From Protoeuglena noctilucae (lineage: Eukaryota), in the NCBI GenBank assembly GCA_958009085.1, contig OY253669.1, positions 992,001-1,056,000 on the forward strand: a DNA stretch of 64,000 nt, in the 5' to 3' direction. Below the pieces are notes generated by a model. It was not told the origin of the DNA and searched no databases. It saw only the letters and a program-made list of their open reading frames with translations. Positions 60,701-64,000 of this stretch are shown piece after piece (the stretch's first letter is position 1; every line of letters starts with the position of its first letter). Made by a program: the position numbers and the translations under genes.

Positions 60701-63700
60701 ACACCCGCGCTCGTGGGTGGGGAAGATGTGACTGGGCTCGAGACCCCAGGTCAGGCTGGGACAGCAGGCGTGGGTGGTAGCGGCAGTGGTCGGGCTGAGG
60801 AGAGGGGTGGGGCGGACGGGGTGGCAGCTGAGATGGTGTCCGAGCGTGGAGCTGCTGACAAGGGGCCGGAGGGCTTGGATGGGCAACTGCAGGTGGAGGG
60901 GCAAGGGCGGATGGAGAGTGATGCGCAGCGGGGGAGCGCCGTGCTGGATGAGGGGCCGCAGTTGGCAACGGGGAGTGAAGATGGGGTGGGTCCGAGTCAT
61001 GTCACTGTGTCAGCACTGGAAGAGGGCAAGGTGGACGTGGTGGCAGTGACTTATTGGGATCCACACTGCGCGTCTCAACAGACCGCTTCTGTGACGATGC
61101 CGGTGGCACCAGAGAGGAAGGTACAACCAACCACAGACGCGGCTGATGCCGTGGAGACCGGGCGAGACCGAGGCGTGGGTCCCGCCGCAGATAAGCGTGA
61201 CCCTCGCGGCCAGGCCCAACTGGACTCCACCGGCCCTTTGGGATCCTCCCACGCTGCCGGCGATGCCCCGGCAGCAGACACAGTGTGTGTGACAGCGGTG
61301 GTCACAGAGCCACTGCCGTCTGGGGACGCGCAGACAGGTCCAGCCGGTGCGTTGTCGGGGGTCAGTGGCGATGGTGCGACGGTCAATGCGCCGGTCGAAG
61401 GCAAGGGCGCGCACTGCGCAGTCCATGAGCCAGTAGCAGCCACCGCAGAGGGCGCAACGCTTGATGCATCAGGTGGAGGCACTGACGAGGGCGTGGCGAC
61501 GCATGGGGCACCAGACACGCTCAGGCCAGCCGCAGTGGCAGACGATTGCCTTCCATCCCACTTTGCCACGCTTGACGAGGCCCCATCTCCCAGCGAAGAA
61601 GCTGGGCACCGACGCAGCAGCCCGGGCGGCGACGGGCGCGTGGATGCAGCACCCGTGGCTGTTCTGGCAGTTCCGGCACCACCCCAGCACGGTGCAGTAA
61701 CAGACGCGTTACCGATTGTTGGTGAGACCTTGGTTGGGACCCCAGCACAGGGCGAGGCTGACCCTGACGTGCTCCCTCGAGACCACGTCACGCCTCCATC
61801 GGTTGCCCTGGCTGATCTCTCACGCCACTCTGACTTGCCCGGCGGGGCTGCGGAGGGCGCTGGGGTCGTCGCCTTGGCGGCCGGCGATGCGTTCCTGGCT
61901 GACAGCCAGGCAGGCTTCGTTGAGACAGCAAACGTGCCCTGCGCCACGGGCACCGGCAACACGGATGCCGCCCTGATATCAAGCCCTGCGATGGGTGGCC
62001 AGCTGGCATCTGCAGAGGAGCATCAGCCACCCTCGGATGCGGGGGAGGCGCAGGCGCGGCTCAGCACAGCATCGGGGGCAGCCAGCACGCAGGCCGAGCA
62101 AGCAAGCAACAATGAGGGTGGCGACGTGGATGCGGGTGATGCGGTGGAACCTCATGCTCAGAGTGACCGGGGCAGCCTTGCCAGCGATGGCGGGGCCATC
62201 GGCTTGCACGCGTCAACAGCGGGCCTGGAGATGACTCACAGGCAGCGCTCGGTACCCGAACCTAAAACAGCGACGCTCAGCTCTCCGCGCGTTGCACAGT
62301 CGGGGCCAGAGGAGGCGGTGGTGGGGAGCGAGAGCAAGAGTGGGTGCGCAGACAGCGAGGTGCTACCTGAGCCATTGCTTGCGGCCACCACACGCCCACA
62401 AGCGGCCGAGGGAGATGCGGGGCGGAGCGCGGTCATCCGCCGCGCTCCTTCGCATCGCGCCAGTGCGGGTGCCGTGGCTGGGACAAGTGATGTGACCGGG
62501 ACAGGTGGGGCTGACGGCGTGGCCCTGGGTGCGGGCGAGGAGGGCACAGCCCCAGTGGGGTTGGCTGTACGTGTTGCCGGGGAGAGGGACGTCCGAGAGG
62601 GTGTGGCCATTGGTGCTGCCGAGGACGCCACTGCGTCAGTAGGTGTGGCTGGGCCTGAGGCGGCTACGACTGAGAAGGCGACGGAAAGGGCGGGGGCGAG
62701 TGTGGTCGTGGGCTCCAGACAAGGCGCGGCCATCGACACAGCGAGCGAAGCGCCTGAACGCTGTGACCAGGATGATGCTGCAGCGTCGGCTTGCGAGGTG
62801 ATGCTGGGCTGTGGCAAACATAACGCTTCCAGCGTCGCACAGCTCATGCCAAGGCACTCGTCTCAAACACCGCAATGTACCGTGCATGCGCAGGTCCCTG
62901 GGCAGCCCGTGGGGAGGGCGGAGTCGCTGTCGGCGCCGCAGAGCAGGGCTGAGGCTGTGCAGACTGATGTTACGCCGAGTGCGCACGGTGTGGCACAGAC
63001 GGATGCCATGCCGAGCGCACATTGGGCTGCGCAGACAGATGCGACACCGAGCGCACATGGCGTGGCCCAAACCAACGCCCTACCGAGCATGCATGGGGTG
63101 GCGCAGACAGATGCTGTGCCGAACGTACACGGGGCCGCACAGACGGAGGCTGTGCCGAGCGCACACAGTGTGGCCCAAACAGAGGCTGTGCCGAGCGCAC
63201 ATGGGGTGGCACAGACGGAGCAAGCGATCGTGCCGCAAGAGGGCGCTATGCCGATTGCGATGTCGACCACGGCTGAGGTGGTCATGCAGACGCCGTGCGG
63301 CCCCAAGGCTCACGATCACGGAATCGTCACAGCCTCGAGGGTCACGAGCGTGCAGACGGACGGCGTCGCTTCAATCCACCGCTCCGTGCAGACGGATCCG
63401 ATCACCCCATCGCCTCCGTCCCTGCCAGTCACTGCGGACATTCCGATACGGGACGCAGCCGGCCCACTCTCCGCCGCCTATCCATCGCTTTCGCAGTCCA
63501 AGCAAGCCCTCCCGCGGCCGGCGCGCTCCCCAGCGGTCGCGACGCCCGCGTTTGCCAGCACCCGTGCGCTCTCGGGAGTGCAGCGGCTCCGGGGAGGCGG
63601 CCAGGTCGGCGACGATTCCGTTTCGGGTTCCCAGAGCGGCTCACCGGACGCGCCAGACCGGGCTGGGCAACACGAGGTGCGCGACATGCAAGCCAGATCG

Positions 63701-64000
63701 GGCGGACCCCCGGTTGCAATTGGTCCCCAGCAGAGCAGCCCGGGACCGGTGGAAGCTGGCTTGCCATCGCCGACACCGGCAGACCCGCCCTCAACTGCCC
63801 AGCGGTCCACGGGGCTGCCACCGAGACACGACGGGATCGCGACTGGGGCGGGTGGCGTGACTGGGGCGAGTGGCGTGGTTACTGGGGCAGGTGCTAGGTC
63901 GGTTGTGGACTCACCAGACGGCTGGGACGGCGCAGCTGCGGCCGGGAGTGCGCAGGAGGAACCGAGGAGCCACGAGCTGGAGGATGCGAGGAGTATAATC
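54776..64000 (+). CDS. ENGASE: Cytosolic endo-beta-N-acetylglucosaminidase (GH85 ENGase) with a >2,000-aa low-complexity extension; 3'-partial
   Basis: Inferred exons 54776-54884, 55019-55537, 55711-55968, ~56064-56237, ~56359-56677, 56868-57046, 57180-57433, 57555->64000. GH85 motifs LLVCHDMMGGY, YFSHH..TIPP.GW..AAHRH...VLGTFISEW, YFGFDGWLVNIEN (catalytic N-x-E), VLWYDAVT..G.L.WQ..LN, DGIFTNYTW, VYVGVDVFGR, ALFAPGW. The last exon has no stop before the window end. Confidence 0.88.
62957..63220 (+). repeat. 36-bp (12-aa) coding tandem repeat, ~7.5 units, consensus V-A-Q-T-D/E-A-V-P-S-A-H-G
   Basis: Translation VQTDVTPSAHG VAQTDAMPSAHW AAQTDATPSAHG VAQTNALPSMHG VAQTDAVPNVHG AAQTEAVPSAHS VAQTEAVPSAHG VAQTE. 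Confidence 0.9.

Noticed and set aside
62957..63220. 36-bp repeat as a CRISPR array
   Set aside because: Units are contiguous and degenerate without unique spacers, vary mainly at synonymous sites, and lie in a eukaryotic exon.
1982..63897. Many long overlapping or antisense ORFs in the track (e.g. 1982-3214+, 10313-12691+, 15394-16821-, 58114-59322-, 62811-63860+)
   Set aside because: Arg/Pro/Gly-rich shadow frames expected at this GC content; they overlap genes with clear motifs in another frame or strand.
1..64000. Alternative nuclear genetic code (TAA/TAG = Gln as in some ulvophytes)
   Set aside because: No in-frame TAA/TAG was needed in conserved exons, and TAA/TAG end genes at expected positions (RPI, thioredoxin-like, CAP-D2).
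1..64000. Introner-type repeated introns or transposons
   Set aside because: By eye the introns share only splice signals; no transposase/RT motifs or terminal repeats were seen. An all-versus-all intron alignment would be needed to exclude this fully.

Overview
Eukaryotic nuclear DNA: very GC-rich, gene-dense, with many short spliceosomal introns. It is most consistent with a chlorophyte green alga (plastid/thylakoid targeting peptides, HPAT, mono-CXXC, TGTAA 3' motifs); the exact lineage cannot be read from this window. About 20 multi-exon genes were assembled by hand: a Sec31/SRA1-C-domain protein (5' partial), a PNUTS/PPP1R10-like PP1 regulator with a mono-CXXC finger, an AhpC/TSA-type thioredoxin, a HIRAN + degenerate HNH-like protein, a large orphan disordered protein, succinyl-CoA ligase beta, a DUF2415 WD40 protein, an ACC-synthase-like PLP enzyme, PAN/Apple-HPAT, SMC2 (broken by a 200-N gap), MOB1, an alpha/beta hydrolase, ribose-5-P isomerase A, FtsH4/YME1, a TPR-ankyrin-MYND protein, a mitochondrial-carrier-family protein, an unknown thylakoid protein, condensin CAP-D2, and a GH85 ENGase. 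The ENGase is the standout: its last exon stays open for >6.4 kb to the window edge and the ORF track misses it. It encodes a ~2,000-aa disordered tail with two ubiquitin-tail (R-L-R-G-G) motifs and 11 xQT motifs resembling LC8 sites, suggesting a DUB-processed polyprotein or scaffold (inference). Also notable: roughly one intron in ten uses a strict AG|GCRAG donor, and two condensin subunits lie with MOB1 and PNUTS within ~52 kb. No rRNA, tRNA, CRISPR array or transposon was recognised. Gene models are manual and lack transcript support.
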